DNA from: a virus
Virus record (IMG/VR): IMGVR_UViG_3300032770_000009
Location: 32,001-96,000 of that record
Direction: 5' to 3' (one strand)
Length of the DNA: 64,000 nt
The stretch's first letter is position 1. Each line of letters begins with the position of its first letter. Below the pieces are notes generated by a model. The model was not told where the DNA came from and ran no database searches. It saw only the letters and a program-made list of their open reading frames with translations. Both the position numbers and the translations under genes were made by a program. Positions 16,062 through 25,500 of the stretch are shown piece after piece.

Positions 16062-16456
16062 ATGCTAAGAATCTCGTAATCCTCAGCCCAGTTGATATTG
16101 GGAGAAGCTTTGAAAGGATTTTTGACTCTTAAACGCATACTACCTGCTGGTGCGTCATCAACTGGAATCCAGTATACCTTGTTTAAGTCAGGCGAGTACA
16201 CGGCAAACAAATCAGCTTCACCTTTGTAACCCTTGTGGACATTTGTGAAAGGACTAATGCTAACAGTGTTGAATACAACACAGCCGTTATCAATTCTGCC
16301 AGTTTTGACTTGGATTCGTGTGAAGTTATTGTTTTCTTCAACAACCATATCATATCGCTGGTTGTCTCCAAACGGCAGCAGAACTGTTTTTCCCTGCTTG
16401 ATTAGCTCGGCTAAGACAACAGCTTCACTTATTTCTCCGACTGCTTTGCTATTCAC
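16022..16456 (-). CDS. PD-(D/E)XK homing endonuclease (I-Ssp6803I-like family)
   Basis: SKAVGEISEAVV..LLPFGDNQRYDMVVE..RIQVKTGR..YKGEADLFAVYSP. Confidence 0.85.
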   Translation of the reverse strand: MNSKAVGEISEAVVLAELIKQGKTVLLPFGDNQRYDMVVEENNNFTRIQVKTGRIDNGCVVFNTVSISPFTNVHKGYKGEADLFAVYSPDLNKVYWIPVDDAPAGSMRLRVKNPFKASPNINWAEDYEILSIGVGPNGLTESVL

Positions 16457-16465
16457 TAATCTCCT

Positions 16466-16497
16466 TGTGCTGCTCTAACCGACTGAACTACCGCCCA
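16466..16497 (-). pseudogene. 5' half (acceptor, D-arm) of a split tRNA
   Basis: UGGGCGG-UA-GUUC-AGUCGGUUA-GAGC-A-GCAC followed at once by the AAGGAG RBS of the endonuclease. Confidence 0.75.
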
Positions 16498-16822
16498 ATG
16501 ATTACTAAGATTCTTTTTCTGCTTTCTCGACAAGAATCTTAGCAGCGGCAAGCGCGGCCAATTCTGTCTTAGTAAGAGTCTTAGGATCTCTCTTTTCAAG
16601 TTCTTTAATCACCTTAAGAGCCCTTGCAAGAGCATCTTCCACTACAGTCCACCTACTTTCCATCCACGGTTAGGTACAGTATCTACAGGTTCACTAACCC
16701 ACAATACATCCCATAATACAGCAGGTGCATGCTTTAAAGTTACCCTGTCACCTATTTTAACATCTTTATCAACCCAGCATGTAAGATGGGTGTCGTGTGC
16801 TTTTAACTTGACTTGTATCATG

Positions 16823-16895
16823 TGAGTCCCGTGGGATTTGAACCCACAACTCCCAACTTAAAAGGATGGTACTCTGCCAATTGAGTTAGAGACTC
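16823..16895 (-). tRNA. tRNA-Lys(UUU)
   Basis: Cloverleaf; loop CTTTTAA. Confidence 0.85.
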
Positions 16896-17218
16896 ATTTT
16901 CCCTGAGCCGTACTGATTTTTCCAACCTCGAATAGCCAACTGCTCAAGGTTATCGGCTTTCGATTTCTGAGTATGATGAACTGCGCATAGAAGTTGGCAC
17001 TTTTCAAGTTCAGCTAGAAATCTTACTTTAGCTATAGACCACATTTTGTTGACAGGAACCTCTTTGTAAACCCAGTCTATGTGGTCTATTTGCAAGTTTT
17101 CCGTTGTTTCACATATCGCACACACTCCACCTAGCAGTTTTTTAGCAAGAGCCATTCGCTCCGCATAGCGTCTTTGCATGTATGTATTCATGTAATTGTT
17201 ATAGTCTTTAGAAGGCAT
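16886..17218 (-). CDS. HNH endonuclease
   Basis: GGVCAIC..NLQIDHID..ELEKCQLLCAVHH; 3' end overlaps tRNA-Lys. Confidence 0.85.
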   Translation of the reverse strand: MPSKDYNNYMNTYMQRRYAERMALAKKLLGGVCAICETTENLQIDHIDWVYKEVPVNKMWSIAKVRFLAELEKCQLLCAVHHTQKSKADNLEQLAIRGWKNQYGSGKMSL

Positions 17219-17483
17219 ATTTAGTTGTTTTTCTTTTTTGGCTGCATATGTTCTGGAGCAGGTTTCTTACACAAAGAACATCTAAGGACGCCTGTCACTC
17301 TGTCTTTAATATAAAAATGTTTACCATTCTGGCAATTACTGTTACCCATACTACTTCACTTTTTTCCAAATGTCAACTAGAAGATTAACGCAGGCTATAA
17401 TAGCTATTCCTGTACCTAGTCCGCTACCAAAAAATACCTCAAATCCGTGTTCCCAACCCATCTGTCCCTCCTAATATAGAAAG

Positions 17484-17556
17484 TACCCTGAGAGGGATTC
17501 GAACCCCCGACCTTATGCTTAGAAGACATTAGCTCTATCCACTGAGCTATCAGGGC
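17484..17556 (-). tRNA. tRNA-Arg(UCU)
   Basis: Cloverleaf; loop CTTCTAA. Confidence 0.85.
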
Positions 17557-17769
17557 TTGGTTTAGCAACGACACTATTAAGCCGCCGTATGCTAAACGGT
17601 ATACGCATGTTTACAGGCTGCAGTCCTAATATCTAGAATTTTGCTGTCAGAACCTCAAGTCCAATAAGTCATGCCTGACTTTATGCTCCGCACCGTCAAG
17701 GACTCAAGACGGTGCAACCTTCTATATACAGAAGACCTTTCATCCGGATTTCATATCTGTACGGGAGCG

Positions 17770-17842
17770 CGCCCTGACCTGGACTCGAACCAGGGACCGT
17801 CACTTTAGGAAAGTGTTATTCTATCCTCTGAACTACCAGGGC
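17770..17842 (-). tRNA. tRNA-Arg(CCU)
   Basis: Cloverleaf; loop TTCCTAA. Confidence 0.85.
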
Positions 17843-18070
17843 GTAAAACTATTTTTCCTTCTGCTCTTTCTCTAGCTTAACTACTTCCCTTGTACGACGA
17901 AGCACTTCAGCCTTAAGCTTTTTAACCATAGCATAACTATCCGGGTTTCCGCCATTGCGGTCTTTGATTAGTTGTATAGCCTCAGCCAAATCGGATTCAG
18001 CATCCGCTAGAAGCATCTTAGCCAAACCTAGAGTATCAGCCATTCTTTCCTCCATCTCTTGTTTTCTATG

Positions 18071-18144
18071 TTGGGGAAGAGGGACTTGAACCCTCGGTCT
18101 TTTCCTTATCAGAGAAACGATTTCACCAGCTAATCTACTCCCCA
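18071..18144 (-). tRNA. tRNA-Ile(GAU)
   Basis: Cloverleaf; loop CTGATAA. Confidence 0.85.
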
Positions 18145-18153
18145 TTGTTACTG

Positions 18154-18215
18154 TGGAGTCAAGAGATTTGAACTCTCCACCCATAGTGGCCAATTACGGG
18201 TTACACCATTACCCC
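18154..18215 (-). ncRNA. D-armless tRNA-like RNA with G3:U70
   Basis: GGGGUAA...UGACUCC-A acceptor, AGAG-UUCAAAU-CUCU T-arm, CCGUA/UAUGG hairpin, no D-stem. Confidence 0.45.
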
Positions 18216-18217
18216 AG

Positions 18218-18289
18218 TACACCCAGAGGGAGTCGAACCCCCATTCCTAGATCCGTAGTCTAGTGCCCTGTCCATTGAACGATGGGTGC
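18218..18289 (-). tRNA. tRNA-Arg(ACG)
   Basis: Cloverleaf; CTAGA-CTACGGA-TCTAG. Confidence 0.9.
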
Positions 18290-18369
18290 ATGTACTAAAT
18301 TTGACGAATGAGACTTTACTTATCAGTGTATTCTATGATTCTCTTGTACGGGCTTTAGTACGTGCCCTT

Positions 18370-18442
18370 GGGCGAACATCGAGAATTGAACTCGAATATT
18401 TGGTTCCACAGACCAATGTTCTACCATTGAACTATATCCGCC
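18370..18442 (-). tRNA. tRNA-His(GUG)
   Basis: Cloverleaf; G-1:C73; loop CTGTGGA. Confidence 0.9.
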
Positions 18443-18568
18443 ATGGGTCACGCAATTTTATGCTTCTTGCGTGGAACAGCTTCTGTATTTACAGCTACAG
18501 ATCAGCAGGAGCCCTTTTGTTCCGACATCTTGTAAAGCGCGCCCGGAACGGGTAATGCTCATACCTAG

Positions 18569-18639
18569 CAGGGCGACAGGGACTCGAACCCCAAACTGCG
18601 GTTTTGGAGACCGCTGTTTTACCATTAAACTATCTCCCC
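18569..18639 (-). tRNA. tRNA-Trp(CCA)
   Basis: Cloverleaf; GCGGT-CTCCAAA-ACCGC. Confidence 0.9.
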
Positions 18640-18783
18640 AAGTGAGAAACGCACTTACCTATGCGCAGAATTAACGCCGCCTTCCCCATCCGGCATTATT
18701 GCGTTAAGCATAACCACCCATGCGATAGCCGCCGATATCGCCCTAGAACCCTCAGCGCATCTCTCTTTGTTGTTATGTCTAAT

Positions 18784-18812
18784 ACCCTACCACACGTCCG
18801 GCCCTTTGTCAA
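18784..18812 (-). promoter_or_regulatory. Sigma70-type promoter
   Basis: TTGACA-N17-TAGGGT; AAATCGGACATTCGGGAC box further upstream at about 18877-18895. Confidence 0.6.
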
Positions 18813-18813
18813 A

Positions 18814-19125
18814 TCAAGTGACTGAGACAAAAATCCGCGTATCGTCACCCTTCGGGCGAACCACCGTACCCTGGGGCAAATCGGACATTCGGGACGTAAC
18901 TAGTTTTCCAGACGTCCCTCGAAGATCCATCTCATGCATGTGATAGCGTTTGCAGAAACATTCATCCCAGTCAGATCCACCGGGGAGGTAAGCCTTGCAC
19001 TCAGGATCGTGCTTAGCATTAAAAGCATTAACCGTTTTGTCAGCCTCTTGTTTATCAAGAGTAGTCATAATACACTGATGGTAACTATCCCACGGAACTT
19101 CAGCGCATACTACGTAGCAGATCAC
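18814..19125 (-). CDS. Hypothetical protein
   Basis: ORF track; coupled to 19122..19394. Confidence 0.5.
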   Translation of the reverse strand: MICYVVCAEVPWDSYHQCIMTTLDKQEADKTVNAFNAKHDPECKAYLPGGSDWDECFCKRYHMHEMDLRGTSGKLVTSRMSDLPQGTVVRPKGDDTRIFVSVT

Positions 19126-19541
19126 TTAAGGAATGTTTCTATCTTGCCGCGCTTCATGAATTTTTCCATGTCAACTTCACCAAGTACGTTGGCTTCTATA
19201 AGTTCAACCTTGACATCGTATTTTCTTGGCTCATCGAACCCCGCGTAAACATATGTCTGCACAGCCATTTGCAAACCACCATAACGCACTCTTGGCTTGC
19301 TTGCCCATCTAAACCTAGGGTTTATCTCTGTTCTCGTAACCCTGAACAGATGACGCTTATTGTTATCGTACATTAATCCTCCTGATTGAGCCATTCAAAG
19401 TCAGCTTCGCTAAGCTGGCCGCCAGTAGACGGTGATACATATATTTTAGGATGGCGCGGCCTGTACTGACAACGATACACCCATATACCAAACACTTCAG
19501 CATGTACCATAGGTACACCACAGCATTCAAATGTCATTACG

Positions 19542-19612
19542 CTTCCCCCCAAAGATTCGAACTTCGATTCATGGTTCCAAAGACCACTGTCCTGCCATTA
19601 GACGAAGGGGAA
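19542..19612 (-). tRNA. tRNA-Gln(UUG)
   Basis: Cloverleaf; loop CTTTGGA. Confidence 0.9.
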
Positions 19613-19617
19613 TAGAG

Positions 19618-19690
19618 CTTCCGCCCCAAGATTCGAACTTGGAACCACATGGTTCAGAGCCATGTACTCTGCCAGTTGAGCTAGACGGAA
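19618..19690 (-). tRNA. tRNA-Gln(CUG)
   Basis: Cloverleaf; CATGG-CTCTGAA-CCATG. Confidence 0.9.
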
Positions 19691-20381
19691 ATATGCCGCT
19701 TACGCGGCTGTTGTATTTAACTCGATAATACCATTTATGTCAAGTGCTTCAGTTTGAACAGCTAGCATCTGACTATTTTTCATGTAGCGCTTCTGCCTGT
19801 CCTGAGCTTCCTGGCGTTTACGTGCCTTTTCTGCTTGCATAACACCTTTGTTAGGACCATATTTACGTGGCGGTCCTTGCGGGCCTGTGAATTTATACCA
19901 CTTATCCAAAACTCTTCTCCCACCATTCGGCGAATACAGGACCGTTGAACTTCAGAACATGGCGAAGCTTGTTACGCTTGCGGTGACCCTCAGCATTATA
20001 ACGCATATGCGACGGCTTCTTGCGCTTATTACCTGTTTTGCTATGTGCCATCATACCCCCTTAAGCTTCGCTGTGGTCGTACGTAACTCCCTTATTAGCA
20101 CATTTAACACAAATATGTAGATTAGCTTGTGCGTCACTCATAAGTTTGTTAAATCTCATTTTATATTCGCAGTGCTTGCACCTGTAAACGTATGTCACTT
20201 TCCCTCCAGCCACAACTTCCAGAAATCGTCGAGAAGTTGCTTCTTTATGTCTTCTGCCATTTCTTCCGCTAGATTCCATTCCTCTATAGGAATGCTATGT
20301 TTCACACGAAATTCTTCGGCATGGCGTTTAGCATCTTCTAGAGCTTTAGCCTCAGCTTTAGCATCCATTTTCCTCCTGTCG

Positions 20382-20454
20382 AGCCAGATATCGGATTTGA
20401 ACCGATGACCGCATTCTTACCATGAATGTGCTCTACCGACTGAGCTAATCCGGC
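20382..20454 (-). tRNA. tRNA-Thr(GGU)
   Basis: Cloverleaf; loop ATGGTAA. Confidence 0.9.
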
Positions 20455-20545
20455 TTGTGGCGTCAGTAGAAATGCTAGTTTAAAGCGCTACTATATCTAG
20501 TATTTCTTGGGGCTGCTGTCGGCCGCACCAGTTATTCCCCTTTAG

Positions 20546-20619
20546 AGCCACCTAACGGATTCGAACCGTTGACCTGCTCATTACAAGTGAGCTGCTCTGG
20601 CCATCTGAGCTAAGGGGGC
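20546..20619 (-). tRNA. tRNA-Thr(UGU)
   Basis: Cloverleaf; GCTCA-CTTGTAA-TGAGC. Confidence 0.9.
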
Positions 20620-20749
20620 GTATTTCTAATTGTCCTTACGGTACAAGTAAGTTGTAGTACGACAAGCAGGGCATTCTTTCCTGATAACTTTGTCAGTGTA
20701 CTTAAGTTCTGATATTTCTTCGCAAAGAAGACATTTGTATTTATTCACG

Positions 20750-20822
20750 CTCTCACATCAGGACTCGAACCTGAAACCTATCGGTTAACAGCCGAACGCT
20801 CTGCCAATTGAGCTATGCGAGA
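20750..20822 (-). tRNA. tRNA-Asn(GUU)
   Basis: Cloverleaf; loop CTGTTAA. Confidence 0.9.
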
Positions 20823-20978
20823 TTGATGGGGTGGGCTTTTTCCTGTATCCCTTGCAACAGTGCGGTGCCCACTTGAACCATTAGGTGCCATTAGCGGTTA
20901 TTGGTTTTTACTGCCATCGATTTTGATTGATTTGAGACTTAGAAAAGAGACTGTCAGGTAGTCCGCCTGACAGAAAGA

Positions 20979-21035
20979 ACACTACCAGGCCAGGGATCGC
21001 TTGTCAAATCGGACATTTCAGGACAGGTCGGACAA
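20979..21035 (-). promoter_or_regulatory. Sigma70-type promoter with three phased GGACA repeats
   Basis: TTGACA-N17-TAGTGT; GGACA at 21011, 21021 and 21030. Confidence 0.65.
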
Positions 21036-21195
21036 AGCGTAGGAAATCTCGTTGTACGCTGAATCTATGGCAATCAAAAGATCATGAAACTTACCATCAG
21101 GATCAGGCACTTCTTCTATATCATTTGTTATATCGGTTAGGGTTAATAGCAGCCCTTTAACTAAATCTTGTACTTGTTTCATATATATTATACTC

Positions 21196-21660
21196 CTAAA
21201 AGTCGATCCATGGTGTGCCCACAGCGAAAGTAGGTATACCGAGGGACTGCCACATTCTCAGAACTTGCGGTCTGTCGTCTATAGCGAACTGAATATCGTA
21301 TTTCGGTTCTATATGATTACGGTAAATTTCTTCCTTCACTATGTAGTCTTTCCTGTAATCAGGCAGACCGTTAGCCAGCCAGTCAGGACGCATAAACAGC
21401 TCATTGTCGTAAGGCGTGAAAACATTCTTACCGAGCCATTCCTTTGTGTCGTCACGGCTTCTCTCCGGTCTTCCTGATACAAAGACGCAGGTAACGTTAT
21501 CTGGTTCTGAAGGAGACAGAATAAGACTAGTTACGACATGGATGACATGAGGATTAGGTTTGTCAAGCATAACTTTATCGTAATCGAGATGTCCCCTGAT
21601 GCCTTCGTGGTCCGCCACTGTGCCATCTATATCACATATGAATGCTTTTATTTTATTCAT
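21196..21660 (-). CDS. Polynucleotide kinase/phosphatase (PseT)-type 3'-phosphatase HAD domain, stand-alone
   Basis: AFICDIDGTVA, FVSGRPE, LFMR, D..VKEEIY, FAIDDRPQVLRMW. Confidence 0.85.
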   Translation of the reverse strand: MNKIKAFICDIDGTVADHEGIRGHLDYDKVMLDKPNPHVIHVVTSLILSPSEPDNVTCVFVSGRPERSRDDTKEWLGKNVFTPYDNELFMRPDWLANGLPDYRKDYIVKEEIYRNHIEPKYDIQFAIDDRPQVLRMWQSLGIPTFAVGTPWIDF

Positions 21661-22225
21661 TACCCTCCAAGCAACAGCCGTCGCATCCGTGAACAGATAC
21701 GTCTCTTTTAATTGTCTTGTTGAATGCTACATCATCAGGGTCAGGGTGACCAACACCGTGAGGACACAGCCTTTCCATCTTCTTAGCATCTGCTCTCCAA
21801 TTCTGCGGCCATGCAGTCATATGATGATCGGAAGGGTTATGAATGCAGCAGTTACGTCCCTGGCACATTTTACTGTTATGCACTCTAAGAGTCTGGCCGC
21901 CGACAAGGGTAACATCTTCCATGTCAAGTATCTTCTCTGCTGAATCCCAGAAAGCATCCCATTCGTACTCTTCCATAGACCTGCCGACATGCCATGTGTA
22001 GGTGGCGTTGTTAATGTCAGGAGAACAGAAGTAGCACGGGTAAGCTTCAAATGACTTTTTCCTGGATTTCATCAGTGAAGCAGCGTGCTTGTGTGCTGTC
22101 AGGAAATCAGAGTGCTTAACCTTGGTGCCGCATGTTGAATCTCTGCCGTAGTATCTTCCCGCTGCAAGGTGTACTTTTATTTCCTTATCGGTAGGATAGA
22201 TTAGTTCCAGCGGAAGGTCTATCAT
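21653..22225 (-). CDS. Cys/His-rich hypothetical protein
   Basis: CCIHNPSDHHM..MERLCPHGVGHPDPD..HGCDGCC. Confidence 0.6.
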   Translation of the reverse strand: MIDLPLELIYPTDKEIKVHLAAGRYYGRDSTCGTKVKHSDFLTAHKHAASLMKSRKKSFEAYPCYFCSPDINNATYTWHVGRSMEEYEWDAFWDSAEKILDMEDVTLVGGQTLRVHNSKMCQGRNCCIHNPSDHHMTAWPQNWRADAKKMERLCPHGVGHPDPDDVAFNKTIKRDVSVHGCDGCCLEGNE

Positions 22226-22378
22226 CTCTTCCTAATATCGTATGTGCGTCCGGTTACTTTGCGGTTTGACATTGACTCGTTAAGCATAACAGCACGTCTA
22301 GATGCTGATGACTTGAACAGGAAACGGTGAGCGTTATATGCTAGCTCCTCTGTTTCCTTGATGTAAATTTCCCATTTC

Positions 22379-22642
22379 TTAAGCACTTATAACCTCAAAC
22401 TGCTGTGTGTGAGCCGCTACTGATGTTCTTACAGATTTCTTAGCCTTGGCGATTAGGTGCTTCGGCGGAGTTGTCCGTGTAGCAGTAACAGGGGTAGGCT
22501 CATTGCTTACCTGGTTCCAGGTAGTCATCTCTACTTTGTCGAAATGTTTCGGGTGTACCATGTCATGACCTTCATCAAGGTCGCACACAAGTATAACTTT
22601 TCCTGTCACAGCACTTCTCTTGTTTGACTTGCAACGAGCCAT
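22379..22642 (-). CDS. Hypothetical protein
   Basis: ORF track; GGAG RBS. Confidence 0.5.
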   Translation of the reverse strand: MARCKSNKRSAVTGKVILVCDLDEGHDMVHPKHFDKVEMTTWNQVSNEPTPVTATRTTPPKHLIAKAKKSVRTSVAAHTQQFEVISA

Positions 22643-22650
22643 GATTCTCC

Positions 22651-22965
22651 CTACCTGTTGAAGATTATGTTAGCCGCGTATACCAGTGACATTCCGTATG
22701 TCATCAGAATTGAGTCTAGCCGGTCTGGTGCTTCTTTGTCTGACGTGATTTCCCTTCCAACTTCAGCCAGTAGCCTGCCTGCCGTGTACAGTGCGGTTGC
22801 GGCGCTGTTCTTGTCTAGTTCGTCACCCAAGGCTGTTGCGAAAGAAGAACCTCCCGTGCGTACTAATGACATATCCGTACTATTAGTATTACTGTCTACT
22901 ATTGCAGCTAATTCCTTAGAAGCGTTTACTGCTTCTTCTAGACTACAAGTATCTTCACTACTCAA
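22651..22965 (-). CDS. Hypothetical protein
   Basis: ORF track; AGGAGG RBS. Confidence 0.55.
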   Translation of the reverse strand: MSSEDTCSLEEAVNASKELAAIVDSNTNSTDMSLVRTGGSSFATALGDELDKNSAATALYTAGRLLAEVGREITSDKEAPDRLDSILMTYGMSLVYAANIIFNR

Positions 22966-23045
22966 TATATCCTCCTATATTACGACTGTATGTGTATGAC
23001 CAGTGGTGACCACTGGTACCATGTCTCTGTGCTATGTGTGGTATG

Positions 23046-23152
23046 AGGCTACCACAGACATCGGCATTTGTCAAATCGGACATTTCGGGACATACGCGCA
23101 TATAAAGGTGCGAAAATCTGGACTTGACAAGACGGCCGGTCCATGATAGTCT
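23046..23152. promoter_or_regulatory. Divergent promoter pair at the strand switch
   Basis: Minus: TTGACA(23069-74)-N17-TAGCCT; plus: TTGACA(23124-29)-N17-TAGTCT; CGGACATTTCGGGACA between them. Confidence 0.7.
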
Positions 23153-23195
23153 GATGACATGATCGTACACGTGGACACATGGAGGGAATCGACAC

Positions 23196-23636
23196 ATGGA
23201 ATTTGAGAACGGAACAAGGGTATCGTTCGAAGTAACAGGAACAGTCATCAGTGACGAGTCGTTCCTAGACAAGATGGAAGAAATCTACGGGCCTGTAGCT
23301 AAGAGTATGGACATAACGATGTCAGGACGTGACTTCACCAACATACTTCTTGACAACGGAGTTGTTACCCGGATTGATACAACAGAAGACGAACTGGGTA
23401 TAGCAGTTAGCAGGGTAAAGCCTCGCTACTGGCCTCCTAAGAGAGATGATGTATGGAGAGACGACCATGACGGATCTTGGTATGTAACCGAAATGGATTT
23501 CGGTAACCGTAAGGGAACACGTATGAAGCAGTTTACAGGAGACGGAGAAGTTGTCCGCAGTTCTGTTGTTTTCTTGCAGGAAAACGTGCACCCTTACCTG
23601 CTTATAAGAGACGGAGAGTACCTAGGTGTTAGTTAA
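23196..23636 (+). CDS. Hypothetical protein, WPP-x-x-x-D-V-W paralog family
   Basis: First gene of the plus-strand island; similar to 25929..26306 and 28163..28558. Confidence 0.65.
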   Translation: MEFENGTRVSFEVTGTVISDESFLDKMEEIYGPVAKSMDITMSGRDFTNILLDNGVVTRIDTTEDELGIAVSRVKPRYWPPKRDDVWRDDHDGSWYVTEMDFGNRKGTRMKQFTGDGEVVRSSVVFLQENVHPYLLIRDGEYLGVS

Positions 23637-25203
23637 AGGCAAGCCGCTTAAGCTTACATATGCTGGATCTGTAATATCTGTCAACTCCGACAGAAAAGCA
23701 ACAATAGCCAATATAACCGTTATGCTGAACGGAACTTACTACGTGGCTACCGGAAGTAGCTGGAGAGACAGTGGAGACCCTTACGACAAGACTAAGGGAG
23801 ATCTTATCGCATTCAGCCGGGCTGTTGAAGAACTAAGAGACGTTCTGAAAGAAGAAGTAAGGAAACTAGGAGACTAATGGAGACATTCAACTTCACCAAA
23901 GCCGGTTACGCATATCACTTAGGGAATTTCCAGTTCTACTGGATTTCCAAGGACACCTACTATGAAGTAACACATTACGGCAGGACTGGAATTATATGTC
24001 AGGTGCATCCGTACAAAGGAGAAGAAGGCACTCTAGGGCAAGACAGTAAAATGTTCACCGTAATAGCTCACGACTATCCCGGTGTAGGAAAACTTGAGCA
24101 GATGGTGAAAGGCGCGGATCTTCTGGAATACATAGATTCAATTCGCATGGGAAGAGGAATGTAAAATGGCAATGGCGGCTCTAATTGCGGCGAACGTGGT
24201 AAATCAGTCGGCGGCAACTACAGCCGCTAAAGTCAGATCAAGATACGCTAAGTTCGATACTAGTCTTCTGTACACTGTTAACGACGATTACTCCACCCAC
24301 CCGTATCCTACTAACGAGGAACTGGGGATACAAGATGTTACTCGTACTACTCTAGGTCAGCCGGTACTTAAGGAGGACAAGGATGTCTACGGTCTTCCTA
24401 AAGCTGAGACAAGGTGGGAAGTATTCAAGAAGATGTGGATTCCCAACTTCAAGTACAAGGGCAGGAGACGTAAATGATAGAAATATCAGAAGGTCTAGTC
24501 AAGGTAAATTACGTAGAAGCATTACACGAAACAGACGAGTTTGTTGTCTACATGGTCAATACTGCTACTAAGAGACCTGAAGTCATAAGCTGGAATAGCT
24601 CTATTGTTACCCTTCTTCCTGCTGACAAAGACTGGGGCATGATTCGTCCCATGGACTACACGGTTATCCGGTTTCCTGAGAAATTTGGATATACATCAGT
24701 GTACCAAGAGGAGCGGTACTGCGTGTTCTTCATACAGTTCAAGACAGAGCACGGTACGATAGTATGGGAGAAGGATGACACAGGTAGTTAACAGCATAGG
24801 ATACGGAGACGGCTTCCAGTACAATTTATCATCTCCGGTGGTAGTGAACACCGGAGATACTATGCTGGTAAACGGCACTCCGTTGACATATGACGGACGT
24901 GGATGGAATTACGGTTATAACACGATTTCATCAGGATCAGCAAACGGAACATGGAATGAGGAAAATATGAATAACGTGGCAAATGTTTACGACAACCTTA
25001 TCTTTACAAGAAACTGGTGCTACGAGCCGTGGTCGGTTACCAATATCAAGACCGGCAAGGAAGTAGGTAAGGTCTACGAGGTTAAGAGAGGTAGTCACGT
25101 AGGACTGAACAACAACAGCAGTTTTTACAGTGTCCTGGCTGACGGAAAGATCACTTACCCTCTTCTTAGCTGGAATGCGCTTCTGGAGAAGCTTGGGGGA
25201 TAA
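23626..25203 (+). other. Run of five translationally coupled hypothetical genes (23626, 23877, 24166, 24474, 24775)
   Basis: ORF track; stop/start overlaps and RBSs. Confidence 0.6.
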
Positions 25204-25233
25204 GAATGCCATTCTGGCACGAATGGTAGTAAA

Positions 25234-25473
25234 ATGATAGTAGTCACAACTACTATCACAGGAGCTTTAATGGCAACTATGTACTCACCAAGGCATTCAG
25301 CTAACTCAATGCCAAGGGTGCAGCCCTTTGCCGGGAACAACACCAGGAACTTACAGCCACAGCAGTTTGGTACCGGAACAAGGTCAAGCGGTAATGTCAA
25401 TACAGGATTCAATCCACTGACATATCAGGGCGGTGCTCACAGAGCAGGATCAGGCGGCATATTCAACATGTAA
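25234..25473 (+). CDS. Small Gly/Asn-rich protein (probable start MATMYS)
   Basis: GGAG RBS; followed by a terminator. Confidence 0.55.
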   Translation: MIVVTTTITGALMATMYSPRHSANSMPRVQPFAGNNTRNLQPQQFGTGTRSSGNVNTGFNPLTYQGGAHRAGSGGIFNM

Positions 25474-25474
25474 A

Positions 25475-25500
25475 TGAAAGGGACTTCGGTCCCTTTCAGT
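25475..25500 (+). terminator. Intrinsic terminator-like hairpin
   Basis: TGAAAGGGAC-TTCG-GTCCCTTTCA. Confidence 0.65.

Noticed and set aside
15702-16497. Group I intron or tmRNA
   Set aside because: The insert is almost fully occupied by two ORFs and a tRNA, with no recognisable catalytic core. The shell has a D-stem and lacks G3:U70.
2881-20408. ORF-track entries overlapping tRNAs or Y-RNA units (e.g. 2881..3078, 4625..5020, 9328..9513, 13434..13652, 15234..15416, 18286..18555, 19531..19728)
   Set aside because: They are spurious frames across RNA genes, lack RBSs and are mostly antisense.
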